Sequence record: DRR378314_1610
Length of the DNA: 53,425 nucleotides
Strand: one strand, 5' to 3'
The translations under genes were made by a program, and so were the position numbers. Position 1 is the stretch's first letter; each line of letters opens with the position of its first letter. The notes below the pieces were generated by a model. That model searched no databases. It saw only the letters and a list, made by a program, of their open reading frames with translations, and was not told where the DNA came from. Below, in pieces: positions 39,474-48,265 of this stretch.

Positions 39474-40772
39474 TTACAGAGCTTCCAGTACGTTCATCAG
39501 CTTCTGAACTTTATCGACAGATTCCCGGTATTCATCGTCCGGATCGGAATCCGCGACGATCCCACACCCCGCCCAACAGTGGATCTTTCCTTCCGAATCC
39601 GTCATCAGGGTACGGATGGCAATGTTGCTTTCCAGGTTATTGGAGAAATCCCAACGGAAGACCGAGCCGCAGTAGGGCCCGCGACGATGCGGTTCCAGGT
39701 TGTCGATGATCTCCATGGCCCTGCGTTTGGGCGCGCCGGTGATGGAACCGCCCGGGAAGGCGGAGAGAAGCGCTTTTAACGGTGTTGTCTCGGGTTGTAG
39801 GCGACCCTCTACGGTGCTGACCAGTTGATGAACGTTTTCGTAGCTCTCAATGCTGAAAAGCTGAGGTACAGACACGGAAAATGGCTCACAGAATCGCGAC
39901 AGGTCGTTGCGAATCAGGTCCACGATCATCAGGTTCTCGGCCCGGTCTTTTTCGGCGGCGGCCAGGGAGTTAGCAATCCGCTGGTCATTTTCGGGCGAGC
40001 TCAGGTCTCTGGGACGAGTACCTTTGATGGGTTTGCTGGTGACTCTCCTGCCTTCTTCAATGCTCAGGAACAGCTCGGGTGAAATGCTGAGTACCTGGTA
40101 GGAGCCCGCATTGATATAGGCCGCGTGGGGGACGGGTACGGCCTGACATAAAGCCCGGAACGCGGTGTACGGCTCGCCCTGATAGCCACCCGTGTATTTG
40201 TTGGACAGGTTGACCTGGTAGCAGTCCCCGGCATGTATGTAGCTCAGCACTTGGGACACGCCCTGGCGATAGTGTTCCGCTGGTTGGTCTGCTGCGAAAT
40301 CTTGGCTTATGTGAAAGGGAGTAGGAGGATTTGGCTCCTCGCTGCTGAGGCGCAACACCCGTTCCCGGGTTTGATCGTCGCATTCCGCATGGAAATCGAG
40401 GCAGGGCGGATGGGTGCCGGAAACATCCAGTGTCAGTTGCCAGAGATAAAGACCGATATAGCCATAATCCCTCTCACTGGCCTCGCCGGAGAATCCGGGT
40501 ACCGTGTGGTTGCCAGCCTCGTAAAACAGGGTGCCCATGATGCCGCCTGCCAGTTCCCGGTTCGACGCTTCAGCCAGTCCTGCCCAAGCCTGCTCCAGCA
40601 CGTCCGTCAGGCGTGAGAACGATAGCGCGTCCTTGGGGACTGGCCAATGCTTTAGCGGGAACGCCGTGATGATCCGCCGTTGCCTGCCGGCGTCGGTGTA
40701 GTCGATAAACCCATGTTGGCTGCTGATCTGTGAAACGAGGCGCTCTGCCTCTTCCGCACTTAATGTTTTCAC
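39474..40772 (-). CDS. pabB: Aminodeoxychorismate synthase component I
   Basis: GDCYQVNL, SISPELFL, PIKGTRPR, KDRAENLMIVDLIRNDL, FPGGSITGAPK; linked to cysH-thrH. Confidence 0.88.
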   Translation of the reverse strand: MKTLSAEEAERLVSQISSQHGFIDYTDAGRQRRIITAFPLKHWPVPKDALSFSRLTDVLEQAWAGLAEASNRELAGGIMGTLFYEAGNHTVPGFSGEASERDYGYIGLYLWQLTLDVSGTHPPCLDFHAECDDQTRERVLRLSSEEPNPPTPFHISQDFAADQPAEHYRQGVSQVLSYIHAGDCYQVNLSNKYTGGYQGEPYTAFRALCQAVPVPHAAYINAGSYQVLSISPELFLSIEEGRRVTSKPIKGTRPRDLSSPENDQRIANSLAAAEKDRAENLMIVDLIRNDLSRFCEPFSVSVPQLFSIESYENVHQLVSTVEGRLQPETTPLKALLSAFPGGSITGAPKRRAMEIIDNLEPHRRGPYCGSVFRWDFSNNLESNIAIRTLMTDSEGKIHCWAGCGIVADSDPDDEYRESVDKVQKLMNVLEAL

Positions 40773-40899
40773 GATGTTACATACTTAACAAAATCTTGCA
40801 TGGGTTCACGGTAGCCTGTGCGGCAAGTCACCTGACTTCGGGCTCGAAAAGGCTTGGGCCGGTGCATTCTAAACAATAATCCTAAGGGCAGTAACCAGT

Positions 40900-41487
40900 A
40901 TGAAGACTTGTAACGGCATTGGTAAGCGATTTGTCTTGGCGATGATCGCAGGATGTGCGATTTCCACGGCGTCGTTGGCGCAGGATGCCATCGATCGCGA
41001 GGATCATGTGCTCTCTGACGGCAAGCTGGATGACAAGGACCTGGCGGCGGTGGTTGCGGTTGCACAACGACACCTTACGGAACTGACGGATTCGGTTGTG
41101 AAAAAGGCAGGCACAGAACTTGAGGAAGCCGGCATTTTTCGCCCAATGGCGTTCATGGTGATGAAGTCCGACAAGGTTCAGCAAATGAGGCTTGAGGAAA
41201 AGGCTGAGGAAGCACCGGGGCAGGTAAAGGTGTTGATGTACCGCGCGGGCCTCAAGTCCATCGCTCGCCGTGGCGAGATCCACGCGTCTGCGATTGCCTA
41301 TCCAGGCAGCGTCGAGAAAGACGGGGAGACTATCCGAGCCTTGGTACTTGAGCATGAACATCGTCTTGGGATTTCGGGGTTCAAGCTGATCCCTATCAAC
41401 CTTGAAAACGGGAAAGCCAGTTTTGGAGCGCCAATGTCGCAGGAAAAGCCGTTTCAGATTTTTTACGACGACAAAGGTGAGGCTTAA
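40900..41487 (+). CDS. Exported protein of unknown function
   Basis: Signal peptide ending SLA-Q; globular mature region; no family recognised. Confidence 0.65.
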   Translation: MKTCNGIGKRFVLAMIAGCAISTASLAQDAIDREDHVLSDGKLDDKDLAAVVAVAQRHLTELTDSVVKKAGTELEEAGIFRPMAFMVMKSDKVQQMRLEEKAEEAPGQVKVLMYRAGLKSIARRGEIHASAIAYPGSVEKDGETIRALVLEHEHRLGISGFKLIPINLENGKASFGAPMSQEKPFQIFYDDKGEA

Positions 41488-41555
41488 ACCTCAAATAGCT
41501 GATAATAAGGACTATTTTTGCCCAGTATTACGAGCAGAGTTGTTTTGTGACAATT

Positions 41556-41571
41556 TGTGAATGCATTCACG
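41556..41571. promoter_or_regulatory. CRP/Vfr-like box upstream of the DUF6160 gene
   Basis: TGTGA-ATGCAT-TCACG (9/10 match to consensus). Confidence 0.6.
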
Positions 41572-41675
41572 GAACCAGAGTGTAAAACAATCTTAAATGG
41601 AGTGGTGAGGTTGAGCCTCACAACAAAGTTAAAAAGTTCAACTGGATAACAATAAGTTCAATCAAGGAGAACAAT

Positions 41676-42611
41676 ATGAAAGGCCTGAAGAAAATTGCAC
41701 TGGCAACAGCCGTTGCCGCTGCGCCCTTCGCCGCTCAAGCCGAGCTGCAGGCGATGGACGACAGCATGATGGGTAATGTCACCGGTCAGGCCGGTGTGAC
41801 CATCGAGCTGGAAACCCAGGTAAGCATTGGTCAGTTCACCTACACAGACGAAGGCACCTTCGCTGTGAAGAACATCAACCTGGGTGGTGCGCTGACCAGT
41901 AGCTCACAGTCTGCTACCGATTATGCTAACAGCACTGGCGCTGGTGCTTTGTTGGACCAACTGGAAATCAAGATTGATGTTGCTGACGATGGCGACGCGA
42001 TCATTCACGTTGGCTCTCTCCAGACAGATGGCAGCGGTAACCCGATTCCCATCGACTGGGGTATGACTGCAGGCTCCATGGAGCTTGAAGGTAACGGCGG
42101 CGAAAACACCGTTCTCGTTTCCAACATGGATGCTTGGGGTCTTCTCGGCGCGCTGGACATCGTTGTCGACACTGACGACGTAGATGGACAGGCCGGTACT
42201 GGTACTCTGAACATCGACGCAGCGTTCACCGTTGAAGAAATGAGCTTCGACGTTGACTTCCTGGGTGTCGGCATTGCTGGCATGACCATCAAGGGCTCTG
42301 AGTCCGGCGGTGAAGCGCTGGGTGCAGCTGGCCTCGCGCAGATCTTCGGTGAAGATCCTGCCAACCTGACTCCGGAAGAGCAGCGTAAAGTTGGTCTGGC
42401 TCAGGCTGGCTTCGCGATTGTTGGTCTGGACATCTACAAGGGCGACGGCCTGGGCGCTTCCACAGCGACTGGCGTACTGCGTGTAGATGTTGATGACGTC
42501 CTGATGGACATCAACGTTGCCGAAACCAACATCGGCGGTGCAAACATCGGTACTATCGGTATCGACAACCTGCACATCAGCAACACCAAGCTGGCTGTAT
42601 ACGGTCACTAA
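41676..42611 (+). CDS. DUF6160/FilA-like exported beta-rich protein
   Basis: Signal peptide ending AQA, ELQAMDDSMMGNVTGQAGVTIE, alternating beta-strand pattern, C-terminal KLAVYGH; strong AAGGAG SD. Confidence 0.78.
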   Translation: MKGLKKIALATAVAAAPFAAQAELQAMDDSMMGNVTGQAGVTIELETQVSIGQFTYTDEGTFAVKNINLGGALTSSSQSATDYANSTGAGALLDQLEIKIDVADDGDAIIHVGSLQTDGSGNPIPIDWGMTAGSMELEGNGGENTVLVSNMDAWGLLGALDIVVDTDDVDGQAGTGTLNIDAAFTVEEMSFDVDFLGVGIAGMTIKGSESGGEALGAAGLAQIFGEDPANLTPEEQRKVGLAQAGFAIVGLDIYKGDGLGASTATGVLRVDVDDVLMDINVAETNIGGANIGTIGIDNLHISNTKLAVYGH

Positions 42612-42637
42612 GCTGATCGCATAACACCTCTGGTGTG

Positions 42638-42666
42638 AACGCCCCGCTCTGCGGGGCGTTTTTTTT
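42638..42666 (+). terminator. Intrinsic terminator of the DUF6160 gene
   Basis: AACGCCCCGC-TCT-GCGGGGCGTT-TTTTTT. Confidence 0.9.
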
Positions 42667-42686
42667 GCCGGTCAAAAAGTGCGGAC

Positions 42687-42725
42687 AAAAAAAGAGCGGT
42701 GACTCGCCAGGAGTGACCGCTCTTT
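42687..42725 (-). terminator. Intrinsic terminator of the convergent minus-strand gene
   Basis: Plus strand reads A7-GAGCGGTGACTC...GAGTGACCGCTCTTT. Confidence 0.8.
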
Positions 42726-42753
42726 CCGTTTTGGAACCTTTAGCGAAAGCCTC

Positions 42754-43386
42754 TTACCGATCCGGCACCGCTATGGACAGATCAAACCCACCGCCAGGAC
42801 GGGGCGTTAATGTGATCGGGCCTTCGTTAATGCCATGGGGCACCTGGATCGTATCGATACCCGGTGGGTTGCCGATGGAGAAATTCAGGTTTTGACCATC
42901 AAAGCCGACGCCCAACTGATCGTTCAGGAACGTCTGAGTGAACGGTTCGTCCGGTATCTCAGCCTGTTGTCCGAAGATGATGGGCGGAATGGTTGGGGTG
43001 AATTCCGCTGGTGGCTGTGCCCGGGCAAGCTCTTCCTGGGGAAGCAGCAGGGCGCGGCGGAGGAACTCTTCCTCAGCGCTCTGAAGGGCACCTTTTTTGC
43101 CTTCCCGTTCGAAGCGCTCAAGGGCTTCTCGGTAAGCCTCTTCTTCGGCCTCCGTCAGCACAGGCTCACCCGGCGAAATCGTCAGGGAGCGGATGATCTG
43201 CTGCCGATCCGCGTCGGTTTTCCGCCGCTCCTTGGGAACCACGATGACAGCGGAATCTTTCACATAGGTTTCAACCATCTCATCGGAGGTCAGGGTTTGT
43301 ACCCCGGCCATCAGCGGAGCGCTCAACGAAACAGCCAGGCTGGCCGTACCAGCCAGGGCGATGTACAGGGGGGTTCGGCGGTTCAT
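42754..43386 (-). CDS. Exported protein of unknown function
   Basis: GAGG SD, signal peptide, mature start GVQTLTSDEMVETYV; has its own terminator. Confidence 0.65.
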   Translation of the reverse strand: MNRRTPLYIALAGTASLAVSLSAPLMAGVQTLTSDEMVETYVKDSAVIVVPKERRKTDADRQQIIRSLTISPGEPVLTEAEEEAYREALERFEREGKKGALQSAEEEFLRRALLLPQEELARAQPPAEFTPTIPPIIFGQQAEIPDEPFTQTFLNDQLGVGFDGQNLNFSIGNPPGIDTIQVPHGINEGPITLTPRPGGGFDLSIAVPDR

Positions 43387-43611
43387 GACGTAGCCTCTTG
43401 CCGTGTCCAAACGCGAAATGGAGACGCTTCCGACACTAAACTGCAGTCAGTAGGCTCCTTACTGGCAGTATTCTGCTCAAAGAGACGGATTTCAAGGTGA
43501 TTGTGTGGCGTTTGTGATCAGAATCGGACTATTGTCAGTATTCTTCTGTAAAACCACGCAAACGTGTTTATATAAAGGGCGTGATCCATTCAGGTTTGTA
43601 ACAGGGCTCTT

Positions 43612-44655
43612 ATGTTGAAGGTATTTCGTTCGCGCTGGCGGCGCTGGGTAAATCGGCGAATTCCGCGAGCAGATCAGCGCGTGTTCGGGCAGCGCAATAT
43701 TTTCATCCTGCCCACGGGCGCCGGCATGACGTTTGCCGGGCTTCTGCTGATCATGCTGATAACCGGCATCAACTATCAGAACAGCCTGATTTACCTACTC
43801 ACGTTTTTGTTGGGTGCCGTAGTGGTTGCCGCCATGCACCAGACTCATCGGAACCTGTCGGGGCTGGAACTGACACTGATACAGGCCGGTGAAGGCTTTG
43901 CTGGTGATACGATACCCTTCCGGTTACGCGCTGTTTCGCCCCGTCACGACTCCCTGGCGATTTCACTGTTCTGCGACGACAGCCAGCTTGGAAACCAGCA
44001 CGTGCCAGCCGGTCACCAGGAGGACATGACCCTGGCCATACCGTCCTATCAACGTGGCTACCTTCAGCCGGAACGTATCCGCGTGGAAACCCGCTTTCCT
44101 TTCGGTCTTTTCAAGGCGTGGTCCTGGCTTCGACCGGTCATGTCCGGCATTGTCTACCCAAACCCGTTGGTAGCACCGGACGTGACCAGCACGGTTCAGG
44201 ATGGAGAGGAGCAGTCGAAAGCCCGCTCATTGGATGGTAATGACCATGCAGACATCCGGCCCTGGCGGGAGGGGGATCTGAGCCAGCGGGTTCAGTGGAA
44301 GCGATACGCCCGCACCGGTGAAATGGTGATTACCGATTGGGAAGGTGAGCAAGGCAGCCCCCACTGGCTGGATTATGACGCCTTCAAGGGCGTGGACCGG
44401 GAGCTCCGCCTGGGCTACCTGGCCCATCAGGTGATGGAGCGGGCCAGGAACAACAGCCGTTTTGGCCTGAATCTGCCGGGGCAGGTCATTGAACCGGACA
44501 CCGGCGCCGCCCACGCCAATCGCTGCCTCAAGGCGCTGGCGCTCTTCGGCCATGAGCAACCCCGGGAGGGTGGCCCTTTACCTCATGGTACCCGTTCTGA
44601 CGAAGTTGAAGGTCGATCGTCTACGTCCTCTGTTTTCGGGGAGGGGCGGGCATGA
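43612..44655 (+). CDS. DUF58-domain membrane protein
   Basis: IFILPT, INYQNSL, FPFGLFKAW, IRPWREGD...VQWKRYAR. Confidence 0.85.
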   Translation: MLKVFRSRWRRWVNRRIPRADQRVFGQRNIFILPTGAGMTFAGLLLIMLITGINYQNSLIYLLTFLLGAVVVAAMHQTHRNLSGLELTLIQAGEGFAGDTIPFRLRAVSPRHDSLAISLFCDDSQLGNQHVPAGHQEDMTLAIPSYQRGYLQPERIRVETRFPFGLFKAWSWLRPVMSGIVYPNPLVAPDVTSTVQDGEEQSKARSLDGNDHADIRPWREGDLSQRVQWKRYARTGEMVITDWEGEQGSPHWLDYDAFKGVDRELRLGYLAHQVMERARNNSRFGLNLPGQVIEPDTGAAHANRCLKALALFGHEQPREGGPLPHGTRSDEVEGRSSTSSVFGEGRA

Positions 44656-46730
44656 ATCTCAGGCTCCCAGGTATTTTTCGGGATTCCGGCTCATTGCAGG
44701 CTGCGGAATTGGTATCCGGTCGCGCGTTGATATGGCTGATCGCGGGATTTGCGTTGTTGCTGGTGCCCCAGTGGGATCGATTACCGATCTGGCTGGTGGC
44801 CAGTTGCGCCGTGCTTTCCGGATGGCGTTGGTTGGCGCAGTCCGGGCGGGTCAGGTTGCCAGGCAGGTGGGTGCGAACCGGGATTATGCTGGTGCTGGTG
44901 GCTGTGTACATCGCAACCGTGCAAGGTCGCTTCACGGTTGATACTGCTGCGTCGTTCTTTGTGCTGGCGGTGGGGCTTAAGTGGCTTGAAACCCGATCGA
45001 CGCGGGATTTTTATGTGCTGTTTTTTATCCTGGTGTACCTGGCGACGGTCAACTTCCTGTTTCATCAGGAGATTCACTGGAGCGTTATCAATATTGCCGG
45101 GGTTGCCTTGTTACTGGTTGGGCTCCAGGTGGTGAATGCGCCGGAGGTACCCGGTGCCATGAAGAAGGGATGGCGGCGCCTGGGGCTGATGTTGGTCAAG
45201 ACCTTACCTATCGTGGTGCTATTGTTCGTATTCTTCCCGCGCATGGCGCCTCTCTGGAGCGTGCCCTTGGTGTCCGGGCAAGCCCGAACCGGTATCAGCG
45301 ACACCATGACACCTGGTGATATTTCCAGCCTTGCACAGAGCAGTGAGCGAGCCTTTCGCGCCACCTTTGGCGGCGAGTTACCGGCTTACCGGGATCGTTA
45401 CTGGCGTGGCCTGATCCTTGACCGCCTGGACGGTGATACCTGGCGGCAGGGCTTTGGCGAGCGCTTTCGTCGGCTCGGCCGTGTGGATGTGGACGGCGGC
45501 GTGGGTCCGCTTGAGCCAAACCAGTATGACGTATTGATGGAGCCTACAGACCAGACCTGGGCCTACGCACTGGACGATTCCGTGGCCGTCTCCGACAACG
45601 TTGAGCCGACGGATGAGGGACTGTTCCGGTTTGACCGACCCGCCGACAGCGCGATTCGGTATCGGATGGAGAGGGTCGAAACCGCCTCAACGGATGGCGC
45701 CAGCGCGGAGCCCGGTGACCTCCGGCGCTATCTGCAGTTGCCTCAGCGTGGCAACCCGAGGGCACGGGCGTTTGGGCAGCAACTGGCTGATCAGCACGAT
45801 AGTCCGCAGGCCGTAGTGCAGCAGCTTCTGACCCGCTTTAGGGAACAGCCGTATTTCTATACCCTGCGCCCACCCGCGATGCCTGTGGATGGCATCGACA
45901 GCCTGTTATTTGATGAAAAACGAGGGTTTTGTGCCCATTACGCGGGGGCCACAACATTTGTGTTGCGGGCGTCGGGCATTCCCGCACGCATCGTTGTCGG
46001 TTACCAGGGCGGTGAGCCCGGTGCCGATGACGAATACCTGATTGTGCGGCAGTACGACGCCCATGCCTGGGTAGAGGCGTGGATACCCGGCCAGGGCTGG
46101 GTGCGGGTAGACCCGACGGCCGCGATTGCTCCCGACCGCATTGAGTTTGGTCTGCGGGACGCCGTTGCGGAGGAAGGGTCGTTCCTTGAGAACGACTGGA
46201 CCTCGCCCCAGCGCTATGGCGACTTGGCGATCCTTCAGTGGGCATCCTTGCAGTTGGATCTGGTGAATTATCACTGGCAGCGCTGGGTTGTCGGGTATCA
46301 GGGGCAGTCTCAGATGGATCTGATGTCGCGTCTGCCGGGCGGAATAGGTATGCGTGAGCTCGGCTACATCACGGCAGGTGTCGTCGGTATGGCGTTGCTG
46401 CTGGCGGGCTTGGTCACCGCCTGGCAGTACCGCCGCGTGGAAGGCCGGGATCCTCTTGGCCGTCTGGTGGGCCGCTGGTATCGGTTGTGTGACCGCGCGG
46501 GTGTGCCGGTGCGCCATGGCGAAACGCCGTCACAGCTGGCCTGCAGGCTGGCGCAGGCGAAGCCCGCGGCCGCTGGCACGGCAACGGCTTTTGCCCGATT
46601 GGTCAACAAACATTACTATGGCCGGGATTCCGATGCCGGTCATCAGGGCGAACTGGCAAAAATGAAACGCTTGCTGGCCACGATGAAGCGGCAGGCTGAT
46701 CGACCGTCAACCAGTTCATCAAAGGGGTGA
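44652..46730 (+). CDS. Membrane transglutaminase-like protein (TgpA family)
   Basis: Multiple N-terminal TMs, catalytic GFCAHYA, AHAWVEAW, VDPT; ATGA overlap with DUF58. Confidence 0.9.
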   Translation: MNLRLPGIFRDSGSLQAAELVSGRALIWLIAGFALLLVPQWDRLPIWLVASCAVLSGWRWLAQSGRVRLPGRWVRTGIMLVLVAVYIATVQGRFTVDTAASFFVLAVGLKWLETRSTRDFYVLFFILVYLATVNFLFHQEIHWSVINIAGVALLLVGLQVVNAPEVPGAMKKGWRRLGLMLVKTLPIVVLLFVFFPRMAPLWSVPLVSGQARTGISDTMTPGDISSLAQSSERAFRATFGGELPAYRDRYWRGLILDRLDGDTWRQGFGERFRRLGRVDVDGGVGPLEPNQYDVLMEPTDQTWAYALDDSVAVSDNVEPTDEGLFRFDRPADSAIRYRMERVETASTDGASAEPGDLRRYLQLPQRGNPRARAFGQQLADQHDSPQAVVQQLLTRFREQPYFYTLRPPAMPVDGIDSLLFDEKRGFCAHYAGATTFVLRASGIPARIVVGYQGGEPGADDEYLIVRQYDAHAWVEAWIPGQGWVRVDPTAAIAPDRIEFGLRDAVAEEGSFLENDWTSPQRYGDLAILQWASLQLDLVNYHWQRWVVGYQGQSQMDLMSRLPGGIGMRELGYITAGVVGMALLLAGLVTAWQYRRVEGRDPLGRLVGRWYRLCDRAGVPVRHGETPSQLACRLAQAKPAAAGTATAFARLVNKHYYGRDSDAGHQGELAKMKRLLATMKRQADRPSTSSSKG

Positions 46731-46734
46731 AGAC

Positions 46735-47760
46735 GTGAATGCATCCATAGCAACCATGGCATGGCTTGAGGAGGCCTGGAGCAGGCTTCTACAGCGCATT
46801 GCTGGCAATCGGATGCCCCATGCCCTGATGGTGACGGGCGAGAATGGTGTGGGTAAGCGCCTGTTCGCCAATGCTCTGGCTGGATTACTGGTCTGTGAAA
46901 AGGCGGACATGACCACAGGAACCCCGTGTGGCACCTGTAAGCAGTGTGAACTGGTTGCCGCCGGTACCCATCCGGATATCCGAATCTACGCACCGGAAAA
47001 GTCACGGATGATCAAGATTGACCAGATTCGGGCGCTGTCGTCGTTTGCAGTTGGTTCGCCCCAGGTGGCGGCACGCAAGGTGGCTATTATTGATCGTGCC
47101 GATCAGTTGAACATCAATTCCGCCAATGCGCTGCTGAAAACACTGGAAGAGCCGGCAGAAGACGTGGTGCTTCTGTTGTTGCAGGAGAGCGGCAGACCGG
47201 TTTTGCCGACCATCCGTTCACGCTGCCAGAGTTTGCTCATCGCCACTCCAGACAAGGATCAGGCTGCCAGCTGGCTTGCGGCGGCGGTGGCGAAAATGGA
47301 CGGCGACAACCGCCCAACGCCGGAACAATGCACGAAGGCCCTCGTGCTGGCCGCCAATGCGCCACGATTGGCCCTGGAATACGCCACCGGAGAGTTCATT
47401 AGCCTGCGGGATGAAGCGCTGGAGAATTTCCGCCGCTTCATGAAGGGCCAGCTCACGCTTTCCGAGGCCGCAAAACCGTTCAAGGCAATGGGGCTTGAGA
47501 GCGCGCTATGGCTCTTTGAGGGCTGGGCCGGTGACCTGGCCCGCATCGGTGCCGGCGGTCAGCCAAGGGATGCGGAAGCCTCGGACATGTTAACGTTCCT
47601 TGCCAGAAGCAATCCTTCCTGGCGAGCGCATGAACTCCTGGATGCAATCCACGAATCCAGGTCGGCCGGCGTGTATAACGTGAATCCCGAGCTGGAGGCC
47701 GGTCGTTTGTTGATCGCCTGGCAAAAACTCATGCCGCACCGCCGGCCTGCTGCGGGATAA
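46735..47760 (+). CDS. holB: DNA polymerase III delta' subunit
   Basis: PHALMVTGENGVGK, PCGTCKQC, HPD, SANALLKTLEEP, LPTIRSRCQ; upstream of pilZ. Confidence 0.92.
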   Translation: MNASIATMAWLEEAWSRLLQRIAGNRMPHALMVTGENGVGKRLFANALAGLLVCEKADMTTGTPCGTCKQCELVAAGTHPDIRIYAPEKSRMIKIDQIRALSSFAVGSPQVAARKVAIIDRADQLNINSANALLKTLEEPAEDVVLLLLQESGRPVLPTIRSRCQSLLIATPDKDQAASWLAAAVAKMDGDNRPTPEQCTKALVLAANAPRLALEYATGEFISLRDEALENFRRFMKGQLTLSEAAKPFKAMGLESALWLFEGWAGDLARIGAGGQPRDAEASDMLTFLARSNPSWRAHELLDAIHESRSAGVYNVNPELEAGRLLIAWQKLMPHRRPAAG

Positions 47761-47842
47761 TGGGGTGGGTCGATGGCACGGCAGGATAGGGCAGTTTTTA
47801 ACAACTACTGCTATGATTGCGGAATATCAGGAGTTTATTGAC

Positions 47843-47893
47843 TCCAGTTGCTATCAATCCGGTTGCTATCAATACAGAGCTATCAATACAGAG
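47843..47893 (+). repeat. Imperfect 14-15 bp tandem repeat in the pilZ leader
   Basis: TCCAGTTGCTATCAA TCCGGTTGCTATCAA TACAGAGCTATCAA TACAGAG. Confidence 0.8.
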
Positions 47894-47906
47894 AAAGGTG
47901 TTTACT

Positions 47907-48257
47907 ATGGGGCCTGGTTTTGGCGCACGCAGTGGCATTCTCACGCTGACCATCAAGGACAAGGCGGTACTCTACGCTGCCTACATGCCTTACATCCGGC
48001 AGGGCGGGTTGTTCATTCCCACGCAGAAACAGTATCAATTAGGCGATGAAGTGTTCCTGTTGCTCAACCTGATGGATGAGCCGGAAAAGATACCGGTTGC
48101 GGGCAAGGTGATCTGGATTACACCGAAGGGCGCACAGGGCAATCGTGCTGCCGGTATTGGGGTGCAGTTCGATGGTGAAGACGAAACCGCGCGTACCAAA
48201 ATCGAGTCCTATCTGGCGGGTTCACTGAGCTCGGATCGTCCCACCCACACCATGTAA
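47907..48257 (+). CDS. pilZ: Type IV pilus biogenesis protein PilZ
   Basis: LYAAYMPYIRQGGLFIPT, VAGKVIWITP, GIGVQF, SDRPTHTM; AAAGG SD. Confidence 0.93.
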   Translation: MGPGFGARSGILTLTIKDKAVLYAAYMPYIRQGGLFIPTQKQYQLGDEVFLLLNLMDEPEKIPVAGKVIWITPKGAQGNRAAGIGVQFDGEDETARTKIESYLAGSLSSDRPTHTM

Positions 48258-48265
48258 GCGTTTCA

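Noticed and set aside
41742-41792. ELQAMDDSMMGNVTGQ as a bacteriocin double-glycine leader
   Set aside because: It follows a Sec signal peptide, reads GQ rather than GG, belongs to a 311-aa beta-rich protein, and no peptidase-ABC transporter is nearby.
43559-43570. Weaker PsrA-like sites before DUF58 (CAAACGTGTTTA) and before KAS III (~24826-24837)
   Set aside because: Short spacer or half-site only; too weak to call without a PWM scan.
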